Shown here in pieces: positions 18,156 through 28,146 of a stretch of 64,000 bases of DNA (positions are counted from its first letter, which is position 1; each line of letters starts with the position of its first letter). Below the pieces are notes generated by a model. It saw only the letters and a list, made by a program, of their open reading frames with translations, did no database searches and was not told the DNA's origin. Source of the DNA: an uncultured Rhodospirillaceae bacterium (GTDB lineage Bacteria; Pseudomonadota; Alphaproteobacteria; UBA828); NCBI GenBank assembly GCA_963997635.1, contig CAXEND010000004.1:44654-108653 (forward strand), written 5' to 3'. Made by a program: the position numbers and the translations under genes.

Positions 18156-18901
18156 TGTTAAGTGATATAAAACACGGTCAGAATTTGTCTAATCGTAATA
18201 ACATTTGGAAAAAAAAACCTGTTTTACGTGAACTTTATAAACATTATTATAAGAAAATCATCAATTACACTGTGGCTGGAAAAACACTTGAGATAGGTGG
18301 AGGATCAGGAGACCTCAAAAATTTTTGTGAAGAAACTATAGTTTCAGATATTCAACTAACTCATGGTTTAGATGTTGTTTCCGATGCACAATTTTTACCA
18401 TTTGCAAATTCAACATTTGACAATGTTATACTTTGTGATGTCCTGCATCATATCGAATCACCTCCTATGTTTTTTGATGAAGCTAAACGAGTTCTAAAAT
18501 CAGGGGGTAGAATAGTGTTGCTTGAACCTGTGATAACCCCCATAAGCCATCTTGTTTTGGGACTTACACACCCTGAACCTATATATATGAAACATGATCC
18601 TTTTTATAAAGGACCAGTGAACCCCAAAAAAAATCCATTTGATGCAAATCAAGCAATACCAACATTAATTTTTTGTCGCAAAAAAGGGCTTAAGCGATTC
18701 TCTATTGAAAACCCAGATCTAAATATTATCAGTTGTAAGTTACTCTCTTTATTTGCTTATCCTTTATCTGGTGGTTTTAGAGAATGGAACTTAATTCCTA
18801 AATCTTTCATAAAACCACTATTAAGAGTTGAAAGTGTTCTCATGCCAATCCTTGGGCCAATTATGGCTTTTCGTGTACTTATAATTATTGAGAAAAATTA
18901 A
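18152..18901 (+). CDS. Class I SAM-dependent methyltransferase
   Basis: LEIGGGSG, LPFANSTFD, DVLHH, RVLKSGG. Confidence 0.85.
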   Translation: MMLSDIKHGQNLSNRNNIWKKKPVLRELYKHYYKKIINYTVAGKTLEIGGGSGDLKNFCEETIVSDIQLTHGLDVVSDAQFLPFANSTFDNVILCDVLHHIESPPMFFDEAKRVLKSGGRIVLLEPVITPISHLVLGLTHPEPIYMKHDPFYKGPVNPKKNPFDANQAIPTLIFCRKKGLKRFSIENPDLNIISCKLLSLFAYPLSGGFREWNLIPKSFIKPLLRVESVLMPILGPIMAFRVLIIIEKN

Positions 18902-18996
18902 AAATTACTGTTATTGCAAATGAATTACCACCAAGAGCAAAATATAGGATACCCTGAAAAATTGTTTAGGATACCTAAAAAAAGGTTAAAACTATA

Positions 18997-19839
18997 ATGC
19001 TGACTACACAGCAAAAAATTGCTTTTGTTCGCATAGTTTCAACTCCGGTGCGATTAATTAATACTATTTTTTATAAATCACCTATTCGTGTACGAAGACG
19101 CAAAATAAATTGGTGTCTAGACCTCAACGAAGTAATTGATCTTGTAATTTATCTGATAGGTAATTTTGAACCGAAAACGATTCGCCAATATCAGCAAACG
19201 CTAAAATCAGGTGCTATAGTTTTTGATATTGGAGCAAACATTGGTTCCCATACCTTACCTTTAGCTAAAATAGTACAACCAAATGGGATGGTTTTCGCTT
19301 TTGAACCTACATTATATGCGGTTACTAAACTAAGAAATAACGTAGAAATAAATCCTACACTTTCTAAGTGTATTAAAGTTGAACAAATCCTTCTATCTGA
19401 CCAAAAAAGCAGCTTAGAAGTTCATGAGATTGAATCTAGTTGGCCAATTAAAACTTCAAAAATAACTCATAATTTACATGGTGGGGAGGCTAAGTCTATA
19501 GCTGGATCTGAAGTAATAACATTAGATACTTTTGTTATAAAAAACAAAGTTAATGTTTTAGATTTAATAAAAATCGATGTTGATGGAAATGAAATAAATA
19601 TTTTAAAAGGAGGAATTAAAACTATAAAAAAACTAAAACCTTTAATTATGTTTGAGTTGGCACCTTATGCTCTAAGAGAAAAGGGTCATAGCGGTGAAGA
19701 ACTATTACAAATACTTAATGAATTAGGATATAAAATCTATAAGAACCCAACTGGCTTACAAATTAATAAATCCAATAAAGAATTGTGTTTGTCTGTACCG
19801 GAAGGAGCCAGCATAAATCTGTGGGGAGTGCCAGGGTGA
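18997..19839 (+). CDS. FkbM-family methyltransferase
   Basis: FDIGANIG, AFEP, IKIDVDGNE. Confidence 0.88.
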   Translation: MLTTQQKIAFVRIVSTPVRLINTIFYKSPIRVRRRKINWCLDLNEVIDLVIYLIGNFEPKTIRQYQQTLKSGAIVFDIGANIGSHTLPLAKIVQPNGMVFAFEPTLYAVTKLRNNVEINPTLSKCIKVEQILLSDQKSSLEVHEIESSWPIKTSKITHNLHGGEAKSIAGSEVITLDTFVIKNKVNVLDLIKIDVDGNEINILKGGIKTIKKLKPLIMFELAPYALREKGHSGEELLQILNELGYKIYKNPTGLQINKSNKELCLSVPEGASINLWGVPG

Positions 19840-21248
19840 AATTAACTAAAAATCTTTTCGGTGAATTTGGAATAATTCTTTTTTTGGCTTTAGTGGTTAG
19901 GTTAGCTTACACGGTTGGACTATATTTAGGTATGGGGCCGGAAGGCCTTTTAGTTGAAGACTCGACACTCTACCTTAAATCAGCAAACGATTTTCTAAAG
20001 AATGGCGATTTTGTAAAGAATGTTTCAGATACGATTGTTGTTCCTGAAACTGAACGAATGCCTTTATACATTATTTTCCTCTCACTTCATCAATTCATCA
20101 GTGGCAATATTAATTCTCTTTTCCCTGCCTTAACCCAAGCTTTTATTGGTGCAGGGGCATGTGTTGTAATTGCAAAAATAGGTGCATTACTTAACCCAAA
20201 ATTGGGTCAACCTGCAGGACTAATTGCAGCTTTCAATCCTACTTTAATTATTGTGGGGGCAAATATTTTAACAGATGGATTATTTTTTCTTCTAATCTCT
20301 CTGGGACTTCTTTTTTCAATTAAATGGTTGCGTTCACCATCATGGAAGTCTGCTTTGTATATTGGTATATTTTTAGCTCTAGCTATCTCCACAAGAGCAA
20401 TGGCATTTCCATGGGCAATCTTTTGTATTTTAGCCCTACCAATTGGAGTTTTGTTTCTCCAGAAATTTAAATTTAAATATATATGGCACATGTTTCTTGC
20501 TGGTTTGATTATTGTAGTCTTTCAATCTCCAATAGTAATAAGAAATTTAGACAAATTTGATAGTTGGCATTTAACCTCACAAGGAGGAACATATGCCTTG
20601 AATTGGATTGTACCTTTGGTTTTAGAAGTAGATAGTGGAACACCTCAAGCAATTGGTTCTGCTAAGATGCGCGAGCTCCACTTGGATAAATACGGTGATA
20701 GTCTGTCTAGTAATCCTTTTGTACAATCAAAGCAAATGACTGATGTAGCCAAAATTGCCCTTTGGGAAACTGACTCCAAATCAATTATTAAGGCTTGGGT
20801 TATAGGTGCAGGTATAAATTTATTTTCTCCAGCACCAATAGTTTCCCCACCGATTAAAGATATTCCACGTACAGGCTTTTATGACGTCCCTGGAGAAAAT
20901 AAATTTAACAAGATTAAGTCATTTATATTTAATAATGATAGCCCAATTTATTCATCAATTTTAGTCATAAGTTTAGTGGGAATAGTGATTGTGCGAATAG
21001 CACAGATTTTTGGATTAATAAGTATTTTTTCTTGCACAAAACACCTGTCTAATAAAAATGACAGGCTCTTTCAACGTATAGCTTTTTCTTTTCTCACTTT
21101 ATGGGCATTTTATGTACTGCTTATCAATGGACCCATTGCATCACCCAAATATCGGATGCCTTTGGAGTCCGTGGCCATTATTTCTCTTGCCATGTTCTAT
21201 GTTGGTTTTGCTTCCCATTGGATGAAAAAGCTAAAACAATTGCTGTAA
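19836..21248 (+). CDS. GT-C fold (ArnT/PMT-like) membrane glycosyltransferase
   Basis: Periplasmic EDS..Y, RMPLY, TDGLF motifs, many TM helices; GTG 19836 overlaps the FkbM stop (GTGA) with GGGGAG upstream. Confidence 0.72.
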   Translation: MKLTKNLFGEFGIILFLALVVRLAYTVGLYLGMGPEGLLVEDSTLYLKSANDFLKNGDFVKNVSDTIVVPETERMPLYIIFLSLHQFISGNINSLFPALTQAFIGAGACVVIAKIGALLNPKLGQPAGLIAAFNPTLIIVGANILTDGLFFLLISLGLLFSIKWLRSPSWKSALYIGIFLALAISTRAMAFPWAIFCILALPIGVLFLQKFKFKYIWHMFLAGLIIVVFQSPIVIRNLDKFDSWHLTSQGGTYALNWIVPLVLEVDSGTPQAIGSAKMRELHLDKYGDSLSSNPFVQSKQMTDVAKIALWETDSKSIIKAWVIGAGINLFSPAPIVSPPIKDIPRTGFYDVPGENKFNKIKSFIFNNDSPIYSSILVISLVGIVIVRIAQIFGLISIFSCTKHLSNKNDRLFQRIAFSFLTLWAFYVLLINGPIASPKYRMPLESVAIISLAMFYVGFASHWMKKLKQLL

Positions 21249-22491
21249 TAATTAAAAACATTCCTTGCCACCAAGATGACCAAATAGAAAAATTGATCAT
21301 TGATGAAGACCAAAATGCAGCAAAAATGGAAATTCCTGCAGAAACATCATATACCTTGCTTTGCCCAACCTTATGCCAACACCATAGCAATACAAATAAT
21401 GATGTAACTAGTGCAAACAAGCCCAAAGCACCTGTCTCTAGAAAAACCTCAAGAAACCAACTGTGTGGATGACCCGGAATAAAAGCCTGATTAAATTGAG
21501 CAACTATGACCTGTGCTCCTGGCAAATAGTTGCTAACATCAATACCATAGCCAATCAGGGGAGATTTTAATGCTTGATCTAATGAAAATGCCCAAATATG
21601 CTGCCGATGTGTATCTAAAATATTTGGAGAAATAGAAGAACTGAATTCTCCTGTAAATAATTGTCCTTGGTGATCCGCCAAATTTGGTGTTGAAGGTAAG
21701 TTAGCCAAAAGAATAGAATACAGAATTATAGCTAATATAAAGATCAAGGATATGCTCAACCCACTGATTCTTTTACTAAAAATTTTTGATTCAAAAATTA
21801 CCAAGATACCGCATACAATACCCGAGATTAGTGCTAACAATCCGGCATCACTATCAACAGAGAAGATAAGAATAATCCCAAGTGATACTTTCAATATTGC
21901 AAGGGCTCTCCAAATTCCAGAGAGTTTAAAGCCAGCCCAAAGAACAATGATACTCATACATCCTTCAACTGACCCATAATATTTTAACGTTTGTGTTGCG
22001 TTAATATAATCAACGCTATCTAACCTATAAATTGATAAAATTGGTGAATAAATATGAATTGATATTAATCCTACAAAACTTGAGACTAAACTTACGATCA
22101 GCAAGCTATTTAATACTAACCTCCTTCTTAAATTTGAACTTAAAAGAAAGAAATAAAACGTCGTGGCAACAATAATAAATCCTAATATTCTTAACCACAC
22201 ACCCAGTGATTTTACTATATCTACTGAGTCAAAAACAGCAGGAAGCCAAGCAAGAAAGAGAAAAATTACCACTAACCCTAAAGGCTTTGAAAACCCAGAT
22301 AAGATAGAAAAAAATAAAATTTTTCTGCCAGGCAACAAAAGAATACATATAAATCCTAAAAATGCAGAAACACCCATAGCACTGGGACTTGAAGCAACAA
22401 GAGGAATACAAATCCCAATAAAAATGGACCCAAGAGCTGAAAATAGATTTTGGTATCGTTCTGTGATTATATTTTTATCTATATTGAACAA
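21178..22491 (-). CDS. O-antigen ligase family (Wzy_C) membrane protein
   Basis: RQHIW, PLIGYG, HPHSWFLEVFLETGALG. Confidence 0.82.
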   Translation of the reverse strand: MFNIDKNIITERYQNLFSALGSIFIGICIPLVASSPSAMGVSAFLGFICILLLPGRKILFFSILSGFSKPLGLVVIFLFLAWLPAVFDSVDIVKSLGVWLRILGFIIVATTFYFFLLSSNLRRRLVLNSLLIVSLVSSFVGLISIHIYSPILSIYRLDSVDYINATQTLKYYGSVEGCMSIIVLWAGFKLSGIWRALAILKVSLGIILIFSVDSDAGLLALISGIVCGILVIFESKIFSKRISGLSISLIFILAIILYSILLANLPSTPNLADHQGQLFTGEFSSSISPNILDTHRQHIWAFSLDQALKSPLIGYGIDVSNYLPGAQVIVAQFNQAFIPGHPHSWFLEVFLETGALGLFALVTSLFVLLWCWHKVGQSKVYDVSAGISIFAAFWSSSMINFSIWSSWWQGMFLIITAIVLAFSSNGKQNQHRTWQEK

Positions 22492-22666
22492 CTTTTTTCC
22501 AAAACAGAGTTATTTATGTTAATCATTAATAGTGATTTACCACCATGAACGCTCTTTCACCAGTAACGTTATATTAATCTAAAATATTTCTTTTATGATT
22601 GACTGAAAAATATACAAAATACTAATTTAATTTCTCCAAGAATTTACTTACCGGACTCAGCTAACA

Positions 22667-24388
22667 ATGATTATTTTAGGCATTCATCCTGGCCAACATG
22701 AAGCTTCGGTTTGTATATTTAATAACTATACTATGCTCTGTGCTGTTGCGTTAGAACGATTGACCAGAAAAAAAATTGACGGCGGGCGGATTCCTATTGA
22801 GTCTATCAATGAATGTCTATCAATTCAAAATATACAATCAAAAGATGTAGATGCCGTAGTACTAGGACGTGGATCTTTTCCCTGGTCATATTTTACTCAT
22901 TTTAGAGGTAGTAGGCTTGCCGAAGGAATTGTTAGAAAAGCTTTAAAAGCCGAAAAGAATAAAAATATGGAGAGGGAGTTAGTAAGGTATGGACACTTTA
23001 ATTCCGAGTCTATTTTTAATTCTAATAAATTTTTAAGTGATTATGGTTTTAGAAATAATATTCCTGTTAAGTTTTTTAATCACCATTTAGCTCATTCGTT
23101 ACCTGCTTTATTTCACACAAATTGGGATAGTGCATTACTTTATACTGCTGATGGTGGTGGAGACAATGTTCAGTATAGCCATCGAAATTTTAAAGAAGAG
23201 AAAATTGTAACCCTTTACGGTGACGATATAGAAATGACTAGGCCTATGCGCATCGATAGCCTAGGTCTAGCATACGGTTTTGCCACTCAAGCACTCGGGT
23301 ATAAGATAAACCGGCATGAAGGTAAGTTAACTGGTCTCGCAGCATATGGAAAACCCGTTGCACAAGATGAGCTGGAAAATCATTTTAAAATCGATGAAAA
23401 AGGACAAATAAAAACTAAGTTTGTTAACAATTCTGCAATGCGCTCATTCATTTTTGATATAGCCATGCAAATATCTCCTGAAGATATGGCAGCATCTATT
23501 CAAGGTCTTCTTGAAAGTAGAATTATTCATTCTCTTAAAAGTTTATCTTTAAAATACAATCAGACCCGTGTTGGTTTAGCTGGAGGAGTTTTTGGTAACG
23601 TTAGGTTAAACCAACAGCTTCTTGAAAAATTAGGCTTAACTGAAGTTTTTATATATCCAGCAATGAGCGATCAGGGTCTACCGGCAGGTGGAATCCTCCA
23701 ATTTCTCTTGGAAAGAGATGGTTTGCAAGAATGGCTTAAAAACAGATATTCATTAGAAAATCTTTATTACGGAAGAGATTTTGGTTCTAAAATAGACGAA
23801 TACTTGAGCAAAAATGATGACATAATGGCAATAACCGGTAATCCGAGTGCTAATGCCGCAAAACTTATTCATGATGGAAAAATTCTAGCTATATATACAA
23901 AGGGTATGGAATATGGCCCCAGAGCACTTGGTGCACGAAGCATTTTGGCAGCACCAATTGATTCAAAAATAAACGACACCCTCAATAATCGCCTTGGGCG
24001 CTCTGAATTTATGCCCTTTGCTCCAGTTGTAACAGAAGAAGAAGCTCAAAAGATTTTTGAAATAAATAATACAAATTCATATGCAGCTAGGTTTATGACT
24101 ATAACCTGTAATGTGAACAAAGAATGGAGAAAGAAAATCCCTGCAGTAGTACATATTGACGGAACTGCTCGGCCACAAATAATCAAACATTCAATTAATC
24201 CACTATATTATGATATTTTGAAGTCATATACTGCTTTATCTGGAATACCTGTTTTAATTAATACAAGCTTTAATGCTCATGAAGAACCTATAATTAATGA
24301 TCCAGAGGAATGTGCAAATGCATTATTAAATAGTAGGGTTGATGCAGTAGTTACAGAAAAAATGGTCTACACACACAAAAAACAATGA
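22667..24388 (+). CDS. O-carbamoyltransferase (NodU/CmcH family)
   Basis: HHLAH, DGGGD, EGKLTGLAAYG, EYGPRALGARS, HIDGTARPQ, NTSFN. Confidence 0.92.
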   Translation: MIILGIHPGQHEASVCIFNNYTMLCAVALERLTRKKIDGGRIPIESINECLSIQNIQSKDVDAVVLGRGSFPWSYFTHFRGSRLAEGIVRKALKAEKNKNMERELVRYGHFNSESIFNSNKFLSDYGFRNNIPVKFFNHHLAHSLPALFHTNWDSALLYTADGGGDNVQYSHRNFKEEKIVTLYGDDIEMTRPMRIDSLGLAYGFATQALGYKINRHEGKLTGLAAYGKPVAQDELENHFKIDEKGQIKTKFVNNSAMRSFIFDIAMQISPEDMAASIQGLLESRIIHSLKSLSLKYNQTRVGLAGGVFGNVRLNQQLLEKLGLTEVFIYPAMSDQGLPAGGILQFLLERDGLQEWLKNRYSLENLYYGRDFGSKIDEYLSKNDDIMAITGNPSANAAKLIHDGKILAIYTKGMEYGPRALGARSILAAPIDSKINDTLNNRLGRSEFMPFAPVVTEEEAQKIFEINNTNSYAARFMTITCNVNKEWRKKIPAVVHIDGTARPQIIKHSINPLYYDILKSYTALSGIPVLINTSFNAHEEPIINDPEECANALLNSRVDAVVTEKMVYTHKKQ

Positions 24389-24401
24389 TTATTTAACATT
24401 A

Positions 24402-25064
24402 CTATATATTTCTTTTATTATGGCAAACCAAGAATACAGACCGACATCCACTAGTAAATTCTTTTCTCTCGACTGTATAACCTGCAGAGGATATTTTCTT
24501 ACATAGGATTTTTAAAGAGTAACCTCTATAACCTATTTCCCATTTATGAGGTTCCCATTTGTCTAAATCACCAGAAACACGGTATTTTTTAAGAAAACGT
24601 AATTTTCTAAAGAAACTCGATCTTCTTATTTTGTAACGATTCAAGTATAAAGTAAAACCAAACTGAAAACCTTCATATGGGACAGATAAAATAAGCCATG
24701 GTACACCTGTTTCTGATAAGCGTTTAAGCACATTATCAACATTTGGCCAGGTAATATGCTCCAGCATTTCACAACAAATAATTACATCAAAACCAGTCAA
24801 TTTTTCAATTGGTACATTGGTTATGTCTCCCTTAATATGAGATTTTGCTCCTATACTTGGAGATACACTATCAATATCCAAAGTTGTAACAGAATAACCT
24901 GCACTACCCAGCATGGCAGTAACCAAACCAAGGTATGGACCAATTTCAAGAACATTTTTAACATCAAGACTTTTAAGAAGCTCGACTTGAAGCCATTGGT
25001 GAATAATACGCTTTTGACTATAATAAGCATGCCATCTTTGACGAAATTTTTGATCTATTATCAT
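24402..25064 (-). CDS. Class I SAM-dependent methyltransferase
   Basis: VLEIGP, TLDID, FDVIICCEMLEH. Confidence 0.8.
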   Translation of the reverse strand: MIIDQKFRQRWHAYYSQKRIIHQWLQVELLKSLDVKNVLEIGPYLGLVTAMLGSAGYSVTTLDIDSVSPSIGAKSHIKGDITNVPIEKLTGFDVIICCEMLEHITWPNVDNVLKRLSETGVPWLILSVPYEGFQFGFTLYLNRYKIRRSSFFRKLRFLKKYRVSGDLDKWEPHKWEIGYRGYSLKILCKKISSAGYTVERKEFTSGCRSVFLVCHNKRNI

Positions 25065-25168
25065 ACAAATAAGCCTCAGTTTAACACTGAAAAATTTTCT
25101 CGATTATTTATAAATATGCAGACTGACAGGAGAATAACTGAAGTTCATCTACCTGACGAGTCAGAAAA

Positions 25169-26188
25169 ATGAGTTGGCTGATTCTCATACTTATTGGTTT
25201 ACTACCTATGTTATTCAGTGCCATTTCAACTGGTTTTTTCCTCAAATTTTTGCAGAAAAAAAATATTTTTGATCGACCTAACACAAGGTCAAGCCATAAA
25301 ACTCCAACCCCAAGGGGTGGAGGAATACCTGTCATATTTATAATAATTATTACTTGGATTTTTCTATATTTTAGCCATTACGGTTTTAATGAAGGTAATA
25401 CTTTTTGGATTGTAGTCGGAGGCATCTTGATGCTTGCTGTTATTTCTTGGATTGATGATATAAAAGGAGGAGTTTCACCAGTTTTGCGTCTGTGTGTGCA
25501 GGTCTTAGTAGTAAGTCTAAGTATTATTTTTCTCAATGATGACGCAATAGTTTTTCAGGGTTTAATTCCTGTATGGGCAGATCATCTGGTATTATCCTTA
25601 TTATGGGTATGGTTTATAAATTTATTCAACTTTATGGATGGTATAGATGGCATTGCAGGTACAAAAGTAATAACAATTGGGGTTGGAGTTTTTTTACTAA
25701 GTTTATGCTCAGATTCTCTATCTCCTCTTGGGCTTCATGGACTTTCTATAGCCAGTGTAGCAATAGGATTTTTGCTATGGAATTGGCAACCCTCTAAAAT
25801 ATTTCTTGGGGATGTTGGAAGTATACCACTTGGCTATTTAATTGGCTGGCTATTAATATATATTGCTACAAATGGCTATTGGATAGAAGCACTATTACTT
25901 CCAGCTTATTATTTTGCCGATGCAACAATTACACTTATAAGGAGGCTTATGGGAGGAAACAAACCTTGGATTGCCCATCGTGAACACGCTTACCAAGTGG
26001 CTGTAACACATGGGATGAGCCATGCTAAAGTTTCACTGATGATTGGCCTTGTAGGTATGTTTCTTGTTGGTCTTGCACTAATAGTAAACGTTGGTGAAAT
26101 TTTACCTTGGGTTGGGTTAACTTTGGGTGCCATTCTGGTATTAGTTTTCATATATTATCTTCAAATACGAAGGATTGCCAAAAATTAA
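25169..26188 (+). CDS. WbpL/WecA-like undecaprenyl-phosphate sugar-1-phosphate transferase (MraY-like)
   Basis: RSSHKTPTPRGGG, IDD, NFMDGIDG, FLGDVGS, HREH. Confidence 0.9.
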   Translation: MSWLILILIGLLPMLFSAISTGFFLKFLQKKNIFDRPNTRSSHKTPTPRGGGIPVIFIIIITWIFLYFSHYGFNEGNTFWIVVGGILMLAVISWIDDIKGGVSPVLRLCVQVLVVSLSIIFLNDDAIVFQGLIPVWADHLVLSLLWVWFINLFNFMDGIDGIAGTKVITIGVGVFLLSLCSDSLSPLGLHGLSIASVAIGFLLWNWQPSKIFLGDVGSIPLGYLIGWLLIYIATNGYWIEALLLPAYYFADATITLIRRLMGGNKPWIAHREHAYQVAVTHGMSHAKVSLMIGLVGMFLVGLALIVNVGEILPWVGLTLGAILVLVFIYYLQIRRIAKN

Positions 26189-26205
26189 ATATGGCTCATT
26201 AACCT

Positions 26206-28146
26206 ATGATAAGAATCAATAGAACTTATGCTGTAGCAGCCCATGATGTCGCCATGGGGGCATTGTCATTTGTTATAGCTCTAATTTTACGATGGGGACC
26301 AAACTCTTTTGCACATGAGTCCATTGGTTTTTTATTCGAAGGGATGATTATATTTTCAGCTGTTTGTGCCTTGGTTTTTTGGCGAACTCGAACCTATAGA
26401 GGCTTTTGGAAATATGCTTCACTTCGCGATGTAATTAATATTGCTTGGGCAGTAAGTTTGACCATTTTAATTTTTTTACCAATACTGTTTGTTGCTACAA
26501 GGCTTGAAGCATTCCCCCGATCAGCTCTATTTATAAATTGGTTTATATTATTAGCCCTACTTTTAGGCCCTCGACTTCTTTACAGAGCTATTATTGATGG
26601 AAGCTTGGGTGGAATATTACAACGAACTACTATAAATGGAAAAATCCCAGTTATTTTAGTAGGAGCCGATGATAATGCGGAGCTATTTATTAGGGCTACT
26701 TCAAGCGGGGCTGCTTCAAATTATAGGGTTGTAGCTATAATTGATGATGACCTAAATAAAAAGGATCAATATATACGTAATGTAAAAATATATGGACCTG
26801 GTAGTAAACTAGCTGAAATTTCTAAAGACCTTAAACGCCAAAATATTCAACCACAGAGGCTTATACTTACTTCCGAAATAACAGAACCGGATCGTTTAAA
26901 AGAGCTTCTTGCCGCAGCAGATGGACTTAGCCTACCCCTATCTCGACTCCCCAAACTAACAGATTTTCAAAATAGTGAGAAAAAATCTATTGAGGTCAAA
27001 CCAATTGCTATAGAAGATCTTCTAGGAAGACCCCAAGCGACTCTTGATATGGATTCTGTTGCTAAATTGGTTAAAGGTAGGAAAGTATGTATTACCGGAG
27101 CTGGCGGCACTATAGGATCAGAGCTTTGTAAACAAATCTCTGAGTTATTTCCCGCAAAACTAGTCTTAATTGATAATTCCGAATACAACCTATATTCAAT
27201 TGATCAAAGTCTAGAAAAAATTAATTGTAATATTGATAGAAAACTTTACCTTGCTGATATTCGAGATAAAAAACGCATTAAAGATACTTTTTCAAAAGAA
27301 CATCCAGATGTTGTTTTTCATGCCGCAGCCTTAAAACATGTTCCCATGGTCGAATCAAACCCAAATGAGGGCATTCTCACAAATATTATTGGAACAAGAA
27401 ATGTAGCCGATGCATGTGTTGAGTTTGAAGTCGATAGTATGGTGCTAATTTCTACAGATAAAGCTGTCAACCCAACAAATGTTATGGGAGCCACAAAACG
27501 TGTTGCAGAGAGTTATTGTCAAGCATTAGGAGAAACTCTTCAAGTTAATCAAAACCCCTTAAAAATAGTTACTGTTAGATTTGGTAATGTTCTTGGTTCT
27601 TCTGGTTCTGTTGTACCACTTTTTCACAAACAGATATCTGAGGGAGGACCTGTTACTGTTACTCATAAAAAAATATCAAGGTTTTTTATGACCACACGAG
27701 AAGCTGTACAATTAGTGCTTCAAGCCTCTGCAAATATTAATATTGCCGCTAATGGTGGAATATGTGTTTTAGATATGGGAAAACCTATATTTATTAATGA
27801 TCTTGCCCACCAAATGATTCGACTTGCAGGCCATATTCCTGATGTTGATATAAATATCATATATACTGGATTAAGGCCTGGCGAAAAGTTATACGAAGAG
27901 TTATTTCATCCAGATGAAGCTACCACTCCTACTTCTATACCAGGTGTCTTACTAGCTAAAATTAGATCTAATGATTATAGCCTTATATGCTCCGTAATTG
28001 AAAAAATGGAAAGCAAGGCCATAGCTGGACAATCTATGGAAGCAATACTACTGATATCCTCACTGGTTCCAGAATACAAAATTACAAATAACTCTGATAC
28101 ACCAAATTTTTATAAAGAGCCAAGTGAAAATTTGGGAGAAAAATAA
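26206..28146 (+). CDS. Membrane-bound NDP-sugar 4,6-dehydratase (CapD/WbpM/PglF)
   Basis: N-terminal TMs, IEDLLGR, GAGGTIGSE, HAAALKHVP, STDKAVNP, RFGNVLGSSGSV, RPGEKLYEE. Confidence 0.93.
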   Translation: MIRINRTYAVAAHDVAMGALSFVIALILRWGPNSFAHESIGFLFEGMIIFSAVCALVFWRTRTYRGFWKYASLRDVINIAWAVSLTILIFLPILFVATRLEAFPRSALFINWFILLALLLGPRLLYRAIIDGSLGGILQRTTINGKIPVILVGADDNAELFIRATSSGAASNYRVVAIIDDDLNKKDQYIRNVKIYGPGSKLAEISKDLKRQNIQPQRLILTSEITEPDRLKELLAAADGLSLPLSRLPKLTDFQNSEKKSIEVKPIAIEDLLGRPQATLDMDSVAKLVKGRKVCITGAGGTIGSELCKQISELFPAKLVLIDNSEYNLYSIDQSLEKINCNIDRKLYLADIRDKKRIKDTFSKEHPDVVFHAAALKHVPMVESNPNEGILTNIIGTRNVADACVEFEVDSMVLISTDKAVNPTNVMGATKRVAESYCQALGETLQVNQNPLKIVTVRFGNVLGSSGSVVPLFHKQISEGGPVTVTHKKISRFFMTTREAVQLVLQASANINIAANGGICVLDMGKPIFINDLAHQMIRLAGHIPDVDINIIYTGLRPGEKLYEELFHPDEATTPTSIPGVLLAKIRSNDYSLICSVIEKMESKAIAGQSMEAILLISSLVPEYKITNNSDTPNFYKEPSENLGEK

